Shown piece by piece: positions 26,390 through 40,620 of a DNA stretch of 64,000 bases. The stretch comes from Eledone cirrhosa. Taxonomy: Eukaryota. Each line of letters opens with the position of its first letter. Position 1 is the first letter of the stretch. The notes under the pieces were generated by a model that had not been told where the DNA came from, made no database searches, and was given only the letters and a program-made list of their open reading frames with translations. The DNA lies in the NCBI GenBank assembly GCA_964016885.1, contig OZ024743.1:372186001-372250000 (forward strand), in the 5' to 3' direction. The position numbers and the translations under genes are program-made.

Positions 26390-27345
26390 AATTGAACAGG
26401 GACAGAACAGAGAGGCAGTACGATAAATGTTTATTAAATTCACGCTCAGGAGAGTGGGGGGTAGGTGGGGGACGACGTTTCAGGCATAAGCCCTTCTTCA
26501 GGTGAGAAGTGTGTGGGAACAGAGTTCAAAAGGTGTGTAGGGGAGTGGTGGAGAGACATATAGCGAAAGGAAACGGTGCGAATGAAAAATTAACAAATAA
26601 AGACAAAAAATATAATAAATAAAAATAAAGCATGATCAAAATACAAGGAATGAGAAAATTTAAAAATAAAGGCATGATCAAAATAAACTGAAATTAAAAA
26701 GGGGGTAAACAGGTGGTGGAAGGGTGTGGGTGAGTAGGGGTGGTGGCGGGTGGAGTGGGGAGAGGGAGACGGGGTGTCCGAGCGGGGAGGGCTGAAGGTG
26801 GTGTGTGTGGTTAGGTGTGCGCGTGTGTGTGTGTGTGTATGTGAAAGTGAGGGTTGGGGGAAGAACGGGGTTGCATGTTCAGGAAGGTGTGTGTGGGGGT
26901 GTTTTTGTGGGTCGGAGTGTCTGTGCGTGTGTGGATAGGGGGGTGGGGGGAGAGGAATCAGGAGGCTGAGGGTGTAAATATGTGGTGGGAATCACGTGTG
27001 TGTGGTTTAAGCGTGTTGTAGGTGTGGGTGGCGTGTGGATAACAAATTTTTTTGTCGGGGTGTGTGTGTGTGTGAGTTATATAGGTGATGGTGTAAGAGG
27101 ATGGTTGAAAAGTTGGTAAGTTCCACGGATGTTTGGAGATTTTGGTTAGAAGTCAATTTCGCGTGTGGGTAATCCAAGAAGCGGTGGTCGGAAGAGGAGA
27201 GATGTGGGGTGCGCGCGCAACAGGAAGTGGTCAGCAGTGGGAGTGCTGTGGTCAGTTAGTGCTGAGAGGTGGTCGGAAGTGCATAGCAGCAGTCGGCGGA
27301 ATGGTAGGGAGGCGAGGATGGGTAGGTGTGAGAGTGGGAGAGAGG

Positions 27346-27394
<49 letters not shown>

Positions 27395-28291
27395 TAGTAG
27401 GGGTGTTAGTGGGATGAGTGAGTGTGGAGCGGGGAGAGAAGGGTGTGTGTGGTTCTATGGAGGGAGTGTGGTGTACTGGTGTGTGTGTAGTTTGGTGAAG
27501 AGGTGTTAGTGGGTGTTAGTATACGGGAAGTGGGGAGGGGTGGAATGCAGGTGTGAGTGGGGGTTAGTGGGGGTAGGGTGTGTAGAGTTGGTGGTGTACG
27601 AGGGTGTGTGGGTACGTGTGCGTGGGGTTGGAGGGTGTTAGTGATGTTAGTTGCGTGTGGGGTGGGTGGTGTAAGTGGGTGCGTGTGATAAGGAGGGGGG
27701 AGGAGAAGAAGAGGGGAGGGAAGGGATGTTAGTATGTTAGTTGGGGAAGGGTGGTCAGATGAGGGGTGGAGTGGAGGTGTTAGTATTGTTAGTGTGGGGT
27801 GGGCGGTGAAAAGGAGGGGTGTGTTAGTGGTGTTAGTGGGGGATAAGTGTGGGGGGAGGGGGGCGGTCGAACGCTAAAGGAATAAGGGTGGGGAGTTCAG
27901 GCCGGGGGGAGTGTGGGTCTGTAAGATGAAGATAGTGCGTTGTTCGACCGTAAGGCGATGGGCGGGTGTTCCGTGGCACTGGAGTAGGCCACAGACTGTG
28001 AGATGGCGTGCGGAGTGTCCAGGGCCACCAAAGTGGCGGGCGATGGGAGAACTGCCCCCGAGACGAATATCCCGGAGGTGCTCCGTGACTCGGTCCGCCA
28101 GGCGACATCCCGTCTGTCCGACATAAGTCGCGCTGCACCTCGTGCAACGAAGTCCGTAGACTAGGTTGGAGGAGGTGCAGCGGAAGGCATGCCGGACCGA
28201 GAGAGAGTGGCCGTTGGGACCCTGGAAGGTGGTGGTGTTGGTGATGTGGGGAAAGGTGTTGCAGCGGGGCCTAGAACAGGGGAAGGAACCG
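26390..28291 (-). mobile_element. PLE 3' end (GIY-YIG, tentatively Neptune-type) with low-complexity 3' region and hammerhead
   Basis: CSRPRCNT...[41 protein letters not shown]...PPGLN at ~27874-28290; hammerhead downstream at 26472. Confidence 0.85.
26472..26503 (-). ncRNA. Minimal type I hammerhead ribozyme of PLE pseudo-LTR
   Basis: Minus strand: AC-CTGAAGA-AGGGC-TTAT-GCCT-GAAAC-GTC|GT. This is the minimal PLE hammerhead pattern; stem I is short. Confidence 0.75.
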
Positions 28292-28552
<261 letters not shown>

Positions 28553-28555
<3 letters not shown>

Positions 28556-31450
28556 ACCCAGGTTTTTCTGGGTCTACCTACTCCGTAACTACCATCAATT
28601 TTGATCGCCCTGCACTTTTTTATACAGCTGTCGTCTTTCATGCACATCACGTGACCATACCAACGTAGTCTTCTCTCAAGTAAACAGCATCTGATCCCTC
28701 TTATTCCTAATTTCTCACTTAGTTCATTTATGCTTTGCCGTTCACGTATATTACTATTACACATCCAACGGAGCATGCATGCTTCGTTCCTTTCCAGTCT
28801 GCGCAGATCCGCTGCACGCAATGCCCATGTCTCATTGCCATGTAGCATTGCTATTCGTATACAGGCATCATACTCTGCCTTTCATTTTTAGAGAGAAACC
28901 TTTTGTGGCCAATAGTGGTATAAGCTCTCTGAACTTTTTCTATCCCGTTCTGACTCTTTTCAGAGCACTCTCCACCACTGCTGATTTCGACACCCAGGTA
29001 ACGGAAAGTGTCCACTATTTCTATAGAACCATCTGGGCAATAGAAGGAGCTAGTATCCTGTGGGCACTTGTTACTTATTTCACCTGAGCATCGGCCACAT
29101 ATAAAGTCTACGTTCTTAGATAGTTTACCTGTGATCCCACTACATCTTTTATTTACCCATAGTTTGCATTTGGGACATAAAATGGAATTTCTACCTACTC
29201 CTTTCCTACACACTGTGGATGGCCATTTCCCCGAGGGCACCTGTGTCCTATTTTCCTTTCTACAAACTAGAACTTTAGTCTTAGACAAGTTAACTTTAAG
29301 GCCTTTTGATTCTAGGCCATGCTTCCATGTTTGGAATTTCTTCTCTAGTTCAGCCATATATTCAGCTATGAGAGTTAGATAATCTGCGTATAGGACTTCC
29401 CATTGGCAGCCGGTCTCTGTTATAGCCTGAAGGGCAATGATAAATAGGAGGGGGCTAAGGACACAGCCTTGATGAACACCAACTTTTACACTAAATTCTT
29501 CACAATATTCATTACTGACTGTTTCTTTATACATAGCTTGTATTGCTCTCACAGGCCATTCATATACACCTAATTTTCTAAGAGTCTACCAGATAATAGA
29601 GCGGGGGACTCTGTCAAAGGCTTTCTCTAGGTCTACAAAAGCTAAGTAGAGGGGTTTACTTTTAGCTAGGTACTTCTCCTGTATTTGTCGTACAAGGAAA
29701 AGAGCATCTGTGGTACTTTTACCTGACACAAACCCGAACTGCATTTCATCTAGATCAATTCTCTCTCTGATTAGTTGCGCTATAACCCCTTCTGTGACCT
29801 TCATGACCTGGTCAACTAACTTAATGCCTCTATAGTTTCCCCTATCTAGAGCATCCCCTTTACCCTTGTAGCAGTTAATGATGGTGCTGCTACGCCAGTA
29901 TTTCGGTATGACCCCATTCTGTATTACTTGGTTAACTATACGGGTGACCATAGTGTGTCCCACCATACCAGATGCCTTCAACATCTCAGCAACTATCTCC
30001 GAAGGCCCAGCTGCCTTGTCTGTCTTCATATCTTTGATTGCCTTACTTATTATACTACCTTTAACTTGCACCGCTGGTCCTTCTATTGGATCGATTTGGG
30101 GCAGACTATCTTTTTCCCATTTATTCTCCTCATTTAATAGTCTCTCGTAGTGACACTTCCAGGCTACCTTCTTATCAGTATCAGTGAGCGCAAGTACACC
30201 ATTATCATTACGGACACACTTCTCCCCGACAATATCACGGTTTTCCTTGACACATTGTCTAGCAATCCTGAACACCTCACGTTTTTGGTCCTCACATTGC
30301 AGAACATGCTTGAACTTTCTATCCTCTGCTACCCGTTTTGCAAGGTACACTTGTCTCCTAGCTTCTCTCCTGGCCACTTGATAGTGCTTTCTACTTCGCC
30401 CAGCCTGTTTTTTGGCCTTGATTGTCTCTTCCACCTTACTGTTCCACCACCAAGTTACTCTCCTCCTGCCAATAGGTCTGCTCCAGCCACAGATTTCATC
30501 CGTTGCTTTCAGCAGGTTCACTTTCAAGAATTGCCACTGTTCCTCTATATTGCACGTCTCTAATTGCTCTTCCTTATTGTCAAAGGCATCAAGTATTAAT
30601 ATTTTAAATTTGTCACTGGCTATGGGGTCCATCAACTTCCATATTCTTCTTCTCAAGGTAAGCCTACTCTGTTGTCGAGTACTCTATTCCTTACTATGAG
30701 GTCACTAACTACTAGGCTATGTTGGGAGGTGCATTCTTCACGGGGGAGGGATTTAGTGTTTACAACAGACACTCTGTCACGCCTTCTAGTAAGGATATAA
30801 TCTATCTGGCTGGCGTGTTCCCCTGATCTATAGGTGATCAAACAGATAGTTAGGTTATTAGCATCACAGAATTCCAGGATTCTGAAGCCCTCCTCATTTC
30901 TATTTCCAACCCCTTAGCCATCACTATGTTGTCCAACGTGACCGTTTAGGTCGCCAGCAATAATTAAGTAGTCGCTATCGGTTATTTGGGAGGTAGTGTG
31001 CATTAGCGTCTCACAGAACCTGTTCTTTATAACGTCAGGTAAACCAGATTTGGGTGCATAAGCGGATATTATTGTCACAGTAGTTCTATTTAGAACTAGT
31101 CTTATTTTAATTATTCTGTCATTCACTCTATTTACGTCAATTACCTTATCTACCTATTTTCAGCTAACATAATTCCTACACCACCCTGTCCGTTGTCATT
31201 TCCCACTTAGAAGAGTTTATAGCATCGTTTTTTACCCACGATGAATCTGGCAGACCCACCTCTCCACATAGTCTCTTGAATTCAACAAACATCAACTTCG
31301 TTACGTTCAAGCATCTCTACAACCTCATTTGAGCGACCATTCAATGTGCCTACGTTCATGGTACCAACTCTGAAGTTGGGAGCGTGGAATGGATGGGTTG
31401 GAGGTGGAGAGAGGGGTGTGGGAGACGGAATTATGTTGGTCATTCATGTC
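28553..31450 (-). mobile_element. RTE-like LINE pseudogene (AP endonuclease + RT with PHD-like insert)
   Basis: [82 protein letters not shown]; multiple stops. Confidence 0.93.
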
Positions 31451-31697
31451 TGAAATAAAGAGGGGTCCTTGTATTCTCGTCCTGCAGCGGGAAGTGAATT
31501 TATCTTTATCTGTGACATTGTCATTGAGTGTTTAGACTTTCCAAATTCCGCAGCCCACCCATCAAACAGGTCTAAACTTAAAGAGCTTTGCTATACTGAT
31601 TTGTTAGAGAACTTACTATAAGCCGCTGAGTTATGATTGGACCATATAGCAATGGTGGTGTGTGGGGGTGGGGGTAGGAAATAGTAACTTTAGGAGA

Positions 31698-31786
<89 letters not shown>

Positions 31787-31870
31787 AAAGGTAAATAGAA
31801 ATAACAACTCAATCGGTACAGTATATGGAAGGTATATATTAGGTTAACGCTTGATATAGCAGGAAGAGGG

Positions 31871-31906
31871 TCTTAACGTTTCGGACGCTAGTCTTTCATC
31901 AGAAGA
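31871..31906 (-). ncRNA. Minimal type I hammerhead ribozyme in PLE 3' region
   Basis: Minus strand: TCTT-CTGATGA-AAGAC-TAGC-GTCC-GAAAC-GTT|AAGA. Confidence 0.75.
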
Positions 31907-33400
31907 AAGAATGAGAAATAAAATAGATTGAGGGGACGGGCGGGATGGAATTGGAAAAATGTCTTTAGATAAAAATAACAGGTCCATTCATGTTGACATC
32001 TCTTGCAGCCCACACATATATACTTGTGTGTAAGAGAGTCATGTAATTATAGATATATATTTTTATCATATATTTTAAGAATGTGATTCTAATTATATTG
32101 GTTATATAAAAAAATGTCTTGTATTTTAGTAAATTATAATCAAGAAATGTATATGGTTAATTATAATAATTTTGTAAGTAAATATAACAGTATTTGTTAA
32201 ATATGTAAAAAAACTATGGGGAATAAATCTAAATTATATAAGGTTACAAGTATTACATTCAAGGTATATTTTCGATAGACATTGAATAAGATATAAGTAT
32301 TATGAAAGCTCTTGGAAAATTTATGCAAACAAGAATTAAATATCTCTTTCTTTTTGTTAATAATATTACTAGGATTGGTAATTATATGAAAGATTTCCTC
32401 CGTACAAAGCTGACACATTTTGGTATACTGGAGCGTTCTTGATTTTATTCCAAGAGATTGAATACTTAATGTTTTTGTATTTTAAAGACCAAATTAGTTG
32501 CGACATTGAAGTTGAGAATTTCTTATCAGAGCGTTTAAAAGTAAGTTTGTGATTATACCAGCGCTCTTTAAATTTTGATGAAGTGGCCCCTATATAATTA
32601 TACAGTTTATCTTTAGTTTTAATTGTGAATTTATATACTAAATTACTATCTAAGCAATTATTCTCTAGTGGGTAAGAGATATTATTCCTGCAATTACATT
32701 TTCTTATATTGTTATTTGAAGATGTAGTATCATTATTAAGGTATACGTTATTATTATTATTATTGCTTATGTTATTAATTATATTATTATTGCTATTTTG
32801 GTTTATTTTTAGATTTCTATTATTAATTTTGACTATATTCTGGGCTAGATTCATAGTCGTTGAGTAAGAGAGCTTTACTGTATGTCTGTTAAAAATGCAG
32901 TGAGATTTAGGAAAACATTTATTTAGAGCTCTAAAGAATTGGTGTGCTAAAGATGTCTTAATTCCTGAAGATATTGGAGATGAATACCAAATTATAGAAT
33001 GGGTTCTGGCTTTCTTATATGGTTTATTATTTTGGTTAGGTGGTATATTTTCGTTATTTTTATAATATACTCTTGCAGGTGGGTTTTTATTATTCCTATC
33101 TATGTAATTAATTTTATTAGTATATCCACCTCTGTGTAAAGCGTCGTTATAGTATTCAGCTTTGCTATCGAATATATTTTTATTAGCTGAGAGTCTTGAA
33201 ATTCGTTGTTGGACACTATTGGCTATAGCTTTCTTAACGTTTCTAGGGTGGTTTGAGTAGAAGCTAACATAGTGTAGGTTTTCATTAATCTTATGGAATG
33301 GGTAGTATAGGCCTGAAGTAAGGTTTAAGGTGACATCTAAGAAATTAACTATTTTATTATTGTTTTCTATTTCTAATTTAAGGTCATAATTATTAAGGAA

Positions 33401-33509
33401 GTTCAAATCCCGCCGAGGTTGACTTTGCCTTTCATCCTTACGGGGTCGATAAAATAAAGTACCAGAAATGCACTGGGTAATTGCTGGCCTTGTGCCTAAA
33501 GTAGAAACA
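33401..33509 (+). mobile_element. 5'-truncated SINE with TSD
   Basis: Starts at the B-box GTTCAAATCC. TSD ATAATTATTAAGGAA at 33386-33400 and 33510-33524. Confidence 0.9.
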
Positions 33510-34087
33510 ATAATTATTAAGGAAGTTTATAATAATTTTCTTTTTTCTGTTAAGTTCACTGTTATGATTATCTGCTATCAATAATGCATCGTCCCGATAT
33601 AAACCTCCGGCAATTTCCTATGTAACGAGTTTAGAATGAAAATGCCAACGAGGTCTGTAACCTGAGCTGAGTCCGAAGAACCCATAGTAATATCAAAATT
33701 CTTCGGTCTATAAGCCCTGGTCCAGAGATCGCCGTTAAACTAAATTAGAGTTTTTCTTGCTGTTAATATTATGTTTATTTCATCACTTGATAAATCGGTA
33801 TGTTTGGATGCGTATATTAATGCTTTGTTAAGTAAATTAGGAGTTATGGAAGAATAATAATTAGCTATAACCATTTGTATGAATTTTGTATTATTTTTAG
33901 ATTTAATGTTTACAAAAAGAAAGTGATATTTAATTCTTGTTTGCATACATTTTCAAAGACCTTTCATAATCTCTATAAATGTTCTTAAGCCATTTAACCA
34001 TTTATATGATGCTCTAAAAGCTTATCTAAATTGTTTATTTACAATATAAATAATATAATAATAATTATAAAACCTAATAGAATGAAG

Positions 34088-34368
34088 CATATCTTATTCA
34101 ATGTCTATCGAAATCATACCTTGAATGCAATACTTGTAACCTTATATAATTTAGAGTTATTCCCCATAGATTGTTTACATATTTAACAAATACTGTTATA
34201 TTTACTTACAAAATTATTATAATTAACCATATACATGTCTTGATTATAATTTACTACACTACAATACATTTTTTATATAATCAATATAATTAGAATCACA
34301 TTCTTAAAATATATGATAAAAATATATATCTATAGTTGCATGACTCTCCTACACTCAAGTATATATGC
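34088..34368 (+). repeat. Inverted copy of the PLE 3' UTR (~32010-32295)
   Basis: Diverged reverse complement of the 32010-32295 segment. Confidence 0.85.
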
Positions 34369-34598
34369 GTGTGTGTGTATATATATGCATAATTCTACAC
34401 TAATATTTCACACTTTAACGACCGCCACACGACCAATATAAATAAGGTATTTTTCAAAATTATTCTAGCGTCTATAATACCGGTCCTTTTATGTTTTAAT
34501 GTATCCTTGTTAACTTATATCACTTGTGATTTTGAATTTTTACCTCACTGCAGTTAGCGAGCTTATACTATTAAGACTATGCTAAGGTATGTTAATAT

Positions 34599-34688
34599 CT
34601 TAATACCAAATATTATATTTTATCTGATGAAAGCACACAAAGCTTTGTGTCCTTGTAACACGTATAATAAAATAAATATGGTATTAAG
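34599..34688 (+). ncRNA. Degenerate hammerhead ribozyme (GAAA box reads GTAA)
   Basis: CTTAATACCA..ATTTTAT-CTGATGA-AAG-CACACAAAGCTTTGTGTC-CTT-GTAAC-AC-GTA..ATAAAAT..TGGTATTAAG. Long stem I, mutated core. Confidence 0.55.
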
Positions 34689-34722
34689 TGTAGGATATTA
34701 AGTGTAGGAAATTTTAAATATA

Positions 34723-34756
<34 letters not shown>

Positions 34757-34854
34757 ATTTTTATTATATATTTTTGCAATACTTTAGTGTATGTACACTC
34801 CATATTCTTCGGAGCTTCCGGCTTGTATCTGCCGATATTACTTCTTGTTGTTTT

Positions 34855-34900
34855 AATTGCCCTGATGAGTCCTTAATAGGACGAAACATTGTCGGCTAAT
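34855..34900 (+). ncRNA. Canonical type I hammerhead ribozyme
   Basis: GCC-CTGATGA-GTCCT-TAAT-AGGAC-GAAAC-ATT-GTC|GGC. Full consensus core with GUC triplet. Confidence 0.88.
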
Positions 34901-35043
34901 AAAGACTTTTGATGTATTGAAGGCTTCTTTGTTTTACTCTCTTAATTTTTCGGCTCTGTTTAACTGCATTGAGCTATACCTTTTACTGTCATTTCTATAA
35001 TACGAAGAGGGTGTTTAACTCCAACACGCTCCAGTATTTTAAC

Positions 35044-35046
<3 letters not shown>

Positions 35047-35117
<71 letters not shown>

Positions 35118-35272
35118 ATATATATATTATATATATATTATATATATATATATATTATATATATATATATTATATATATATTATATATATATATTATATA
35201 TATATATATTATATATATATATATATTATATATATATATATTAAATATATATATATTATATATATATATATA
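35047..35272. repeat. (TA)n microsatellite with TT interruptions
   Basis: Direct reading. Confidence 0.95.
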
Positions 35273-35429
35273 CTATATTTAAAATTTCCTACACTTAATA
35301 TGTATGCGTTACCTTATGTTTTGCGGTCCAGGTATGGCCACCACCGTATATTGGAGGAGCCGCTTCAACACTGGCCTCTCATTAGGTAGTAGGAAAAAAT
35401 TACGAAAAAACTAGCCTTCATAAGATGAA

Positions 35430-36345
35430 TACATATCTCCATCTTCACCACCTCCCTTCACTTCCTGGACATCTCAGTCTCCATCGAACCCTCACATCGC
35501 TCACTCATCACCTCCACCTTCTTTAAACCCACTAACTCCCATTCCTATTTCGATTTCGCCCTCCTCTTACACCAAACACTCCATCCCCTACTCCCAATTT
35601 CTCCGACTCCGACGCCTATGCAGCTGAACCGAGGACTTCGAGGCTCAGGCCCTTTATTTGGAGAGGTTACCCCATTCCCTTGACGATGCTACTCTCTCCC
35701 ACGCCTGCGCCGTCCATCACACCACTGCACTCACCCCACGCCCTCAGTCCCCATCCACCGATTCCTTTCCCCCTTTACCTACTACACCACCACTTTGTCC
35801 TTTCAACGGATGGCCCTGCGTCTCTTCCGTCACCTCCGGTGAGACCCATCCACTTTTACCATCTTTCCATTCGCATCCTTCAAGCGCGCAAGCATCCCCC
35901 GGAACCTCCTCGTCCGTAACTGCCTTCCTCCCCAATTCCTCCTCCGGATCCCTCCCCTGATCCCGGCCCCATTGCCGTGTTTGCCCTCACATCACCACCA
36001 CCACCACCAATTTCCGGGGGCTCATCGGCCTATCCCTCCGTGTCCGGCACTCCTTCTGCTGCACTTCCTCCATTGTACACTATGTGGAGCTGCGTACATT
36101 GGACAGACAGGACGGCGATTGGTGGACCGGTTCGCCGAGAACCTCTGGAACATCCGACTCGGCAACCAGTTACCAGTCGCCCGATTCTTCTACTCTGCCG
36201 AACACTCTGCCTGCACACTCACCGCCTGTGACCTTGTTGCATGCTCCGGAGCCCCGGACTCATGTCATAGACTTGAGCAGCGCACGATTTTCCTTCTCCA
36301 GTCCTGGAATGGTAACGGTCTAAACTCCCCTCTTCTTTTAGCTCC
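35430..36345 (+). mobile_element. Decayed PLE RT-thumb + GIY-YIG fragment (Neptune-type)
   Basis: FLDI, FKPTNSHSY, SIPYSQFLRLRRLCS, CTLCGAAYIGQTGRRLVDRFAE...GLN. Confidence 0.85.
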
Positions 36346-36499
36346 TCCACGCACATACACTCCCACTCATTCCACCTCTCTACCATCAGATATATATACA
36401 CACACATACGAACACACTCACATACATAGAAACAATAAAATAAAACCTTATACACACTCGCGTGCTGACACACACACACTTATTCAACTCACGCAGATG

Positions 36500-37660
36500 A
36501 CAGATAGTGATACGGCCACCAAATGTGATGGCTAGTTGCGACATAAGCGGGCAACTGCTGGACGAGTAAGCAACCCTGGACCAACAACGGTAAGCTACTA
36601 GGGGAAATGGAGCAATGGGTGATACCTGCGGATCCCAAGAAAACTCTCAGAACCCAGTGACGTAGCTACGATGAGGCGAGTAAAGGCTTCCTCTAAATAA
36701 TCCTAGTTTTCACGTGGTTATCAAGGGACGCACCCAGGCCTTAGGTAGAGGGGCCTGTTCGAAAAATATATTGCAGTCTCCATTTCATGCCGCAATAAAC
36801 TGGCGATGGGCCTGCGACCTGTCCTGGGATGCATAGGATGGACACACAAAAGTTGCGTATCCCGAGACCCCAAAGGGAGCAAACCATAAAAGCTGGAATC
36901 CGGAACCTCACCACCCTTACATGTAAGGATGAGGAACTAGTGGAGGAGGCTAAATGCTATCCATTAGATATTGTCAGGGTGTCCCCAATAAAGTTCCGTG
37001 ATTCTGATACTGTAGATTTGGATGGAAGTTGGAAACTCCACTATTCAGGCGTGGCGCACAGGCGAGAGTTGGGATACTCACAAGTCCCCGACTATCAGAA
37101 TGTGCTATGGAGTGGATCCCGTTAGAAAGGTGTATTTTCATCTTGAAGCTTAGGCTGAAAGATAGGTCTCAGTGGGTGGTACAAGTTTATGTACCAAACA
37201 AGGAGTCCGAATACAGGTCCTACTTTGATGAAGTCACTGCAGCGTTAGATGTAGTTAAGACTGAGTCATATATCCTGATGGGAGACTTCAATGCACATGT
37301 TGGCACTGACCACCTGACATGGAAAGGAGTGATTGGAAGGAATGGCGACCCCGATCTAGATACAAATGGAGAGGCCTTTCCGGACGTCTGTTCTAGCAAT
37401 GGACTCTCTATTATGAACACCTTCCAGCACAGAGACATCCATAAATATACATGGTATAAAGGGAATTGATTTTGTAACTGTCTCTGATCTCTTTGAATTT
37501 GTGCTGGATGTACGTGTTAAAAGAGGGGCTGAGCTGTCAACTGATCACCATCTAGTTATCTGAAACTTGAGACTACCTAAAGCCAAAGAAGCCCACAAAA
37601 CTGGCAGGTCCAGAGCAACCTATAGGATAAAGTGGGAAACATTGGTGGATAAGGAAGTCT
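36500..37660 (+). mobile_element. LINE 5' region (AP endonuclease pseudogene, RTE-like)
   Basis: VVQVYVPN, ILMGDFNAHVG, NGLSIMNTFQHRDIHKYTWY, STDHHLV. Confidence 0.85.
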
Positions 37661-38182
37661 GGATGCAAACCTGTGAGATTCTGGCACACGAAGAACAAAA
37701 ACCTGTTGAGAAAGCGATGCCTTGTTCGATCATTATACCAAAAGCTTATTTTTTATAAGCAGACAGTATTATTGATTTAGGTGTTGCAGAAACTCAATTT
37801 CGGAGTATTCCCTCTTCCCCGAGGGTCCGGGTAACTATTTTAATCATATCTCATTTTGTTTGATCCGTTTAGCTTGTTCGCTTTTTTGGCTAAGGTAGTT
37901 AATGGCTTCTTAACCATCGTTTCAGCGTGTATGACCATTTCAACTTATGTTTATAGCTCTGGTATCTTCTTCATATCCATGGAGCGCTTGTCTGCACAAT
38001 ATGGAAGTTGAGTTTTGCTAATTTCTACCTGCCGAAATGCGATTCTCGCAAAATTTATATTTATAAATATATATATATATATATATATATAGGAACCAGT
38101 AAGACCCCGACGGCTGAGCTCAAGCCGTTTCGACGGCTAATTCTGGTTATGGTCCACCTGGTTCCTTACCACATTTCCTTCG

Positions 38183-38313
<131 letters not shown>

Positions 38314-38374
38314 TATATACATATATGTATATATATATATATTTAGTTATGTAATAAACAACATAAGATAATTA

Positions 38375-38434
38375 TTTCAGTTACCAGTGGTTTCTTGAAA
38401 GCAACCAAAATTGCTTTCATTCATCAGAATGAAA
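38375..38434 (-). ncRNA. Type I hammerhead ribozyme
   Basis: Minus strand: TTTCATT-CTGATGA-A-TGAAAGCAA-TTTTGG-TTGCTTTCA-A-GAA-ACCACTGGT-A|ACTGAAA. Confidence 0.82.
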
Positions 38435-38691
38435 AAAACCTGGTGCCTTTATTGACAGTGGATTTGAAAAACAAGAATATAACAGATACGAAAGTGAGGC
38501 TGGAGACAAAAAAAAGGGGGAAAAAGAATAATAAATAAGAATATATAACAACACACACGTACACACTCACAGACACACACTCACATATATACATATATAT
38601 ATAAATATATACACGCATATATACACATATATATACACAGAGACACATATACACATACATACATATATATCCATATCCATACATAAATACA

Positions 38692-38992
<301 letters not shown>

Positions 38993-40502
38993 GCACACAC
39001 ATATATACATGCACATACATATATAAATGAAAAGTATAGAAATTATTGTAGCAAGAAGCCAACAGTATTCCATAATATATATCTGTAATTTCTGTATAGT
39101 CTTGAAAACTTTCTGTATAGTCTTGAAAACTTTCTGTATTTCTCGAAAACTTTCAGTGGGATGGTTACGGTTGGAATTCGATCGTCAGCATAGCTCACAT
39201 GATAACCAAAATCTCACTGATTAATATGCCAAAAAGGGAATTTAAGAGCAGGCTTGTTTAACATCATGCAAAACGTACATGTGGAAAAACAGGGCTGGTG
39301 ACGTCAGAATGAGACAATGAAACAACAGTCAAAAACATTCCGAAAAAAAACTCTACAATAAGGAGTTCAGCAAAAAGCAATATTATCGCGTTTTTTTTTT
39401 AAATACCGGAATTAGTCACAAATAATTTAAGCACTCTAGGAAAGAAATCTGAGTATAAATATATAAATGAAAAGTATAGAAATTATTGTAGCAAGAAGCC
39501 AACAGTATTCCATAATATATAAGTGACTATAGCGTTAAAATGGGAAAATAGTTAACGTAAGATGTGGGAAAAATAATTCAAACTCAATTCAAAAAGAATC
39601 AGGATATAGATTTATCCAACAGAATTTAGTGAAATCCAGGGAAAAATCAATAGAGCCTTAACTCATGATAAAATAAAGTTTAAAATACTCATCCTTCAAT
39701 TTGGAACAACTAGAAATGCTCTGTATAGTCTTGAAAAGACTATTTCACGAAACCTTTCAGTGGGGATGGTCACGGTTGAATTCGATCGTCAGCGGAGCTC
39801 AACATGATAACCAACACATGTCGAAAATTGTTTATCGTTATTTCGTGGGCCGAGATTCTGATTCTCGATTATTTACTTGTATTAATCTCCAGGCTTTAGC
39901 TATTGACCAGTTAATTTTATTGATTTTTTAGCTGATCTTATTGACTGATGAATAGCTCTTGTTTATTTTAACACGTCTGTTGAGAACTCTTATTCGATAT
40001 GTGATTTTTTGTATTCTTACAAAATTTACACTTACTGAAGTCTTTCGCCAAATATAGGGGTTCCCTCCCTTGCTGGACTACACGTGCGTTCAGTAACGGG
40101 TCCCCCTGTATTTTTGAACGAAACATCCGCTGAGAAAGCAGTTTCCACGTTCATCTCTTTACTAGAAGTCAGATATATTTTTTTTATGTGGGCTGACAGT
40201 AATTGATCAAGGAACTGCAGAAACCCCAAAAGCTAGAATTTAACATCCTTCTAAGCGGGTCCGGGTGAGTTTTTACATTCATTTAATTTATTAATTTATT
40301 AATTTATTATTTGAGTGACCCGAATTTTCCTGGTCGTTTTTTTCGGCTGTGCGAATGATTTTAGGCATCGTCTCTATGTGTTGGTATTTTAACGATAGTT
40401 ATAGCTCTGGTTCATCCAAACTATTGAGCCCTCTGCCACCACACATGTCGAAGATTGTTTATCGTTATTTCGTGGGCCGAGATTCTGATTCTCGATTATT
40501 TA

Positions 40503-40553
<51 letters not shown>

Positions 40554-40620
40554 GACGTAAAATAAGAAAATATTTTTTTAAAAAAAATTTTTAAAAAATT
40601 TTTTACTTACTTAAATTTTC

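Larger units (their letters stand above)
31790..33950 (-). mobile_element. Decayed PLE (RT + GIY-YIG, tentatively Hydra-type), interrupted by a SINE
   Basis: ORF 32369-33406: VNFLDVTLNL, SNHP, VKLSYSTT, CNC, LVYK...YIGAT..KFKERWYNH. FDITMGS and YRDD-like RT motifs at ~33580-33700. Confidence 0.88.

Noticed and set aside
39285-39335. CTGGTGA...GAAAC..GTC hammerhead-like string
   Set aside because: Core is mutated and there is no stem I pairing.
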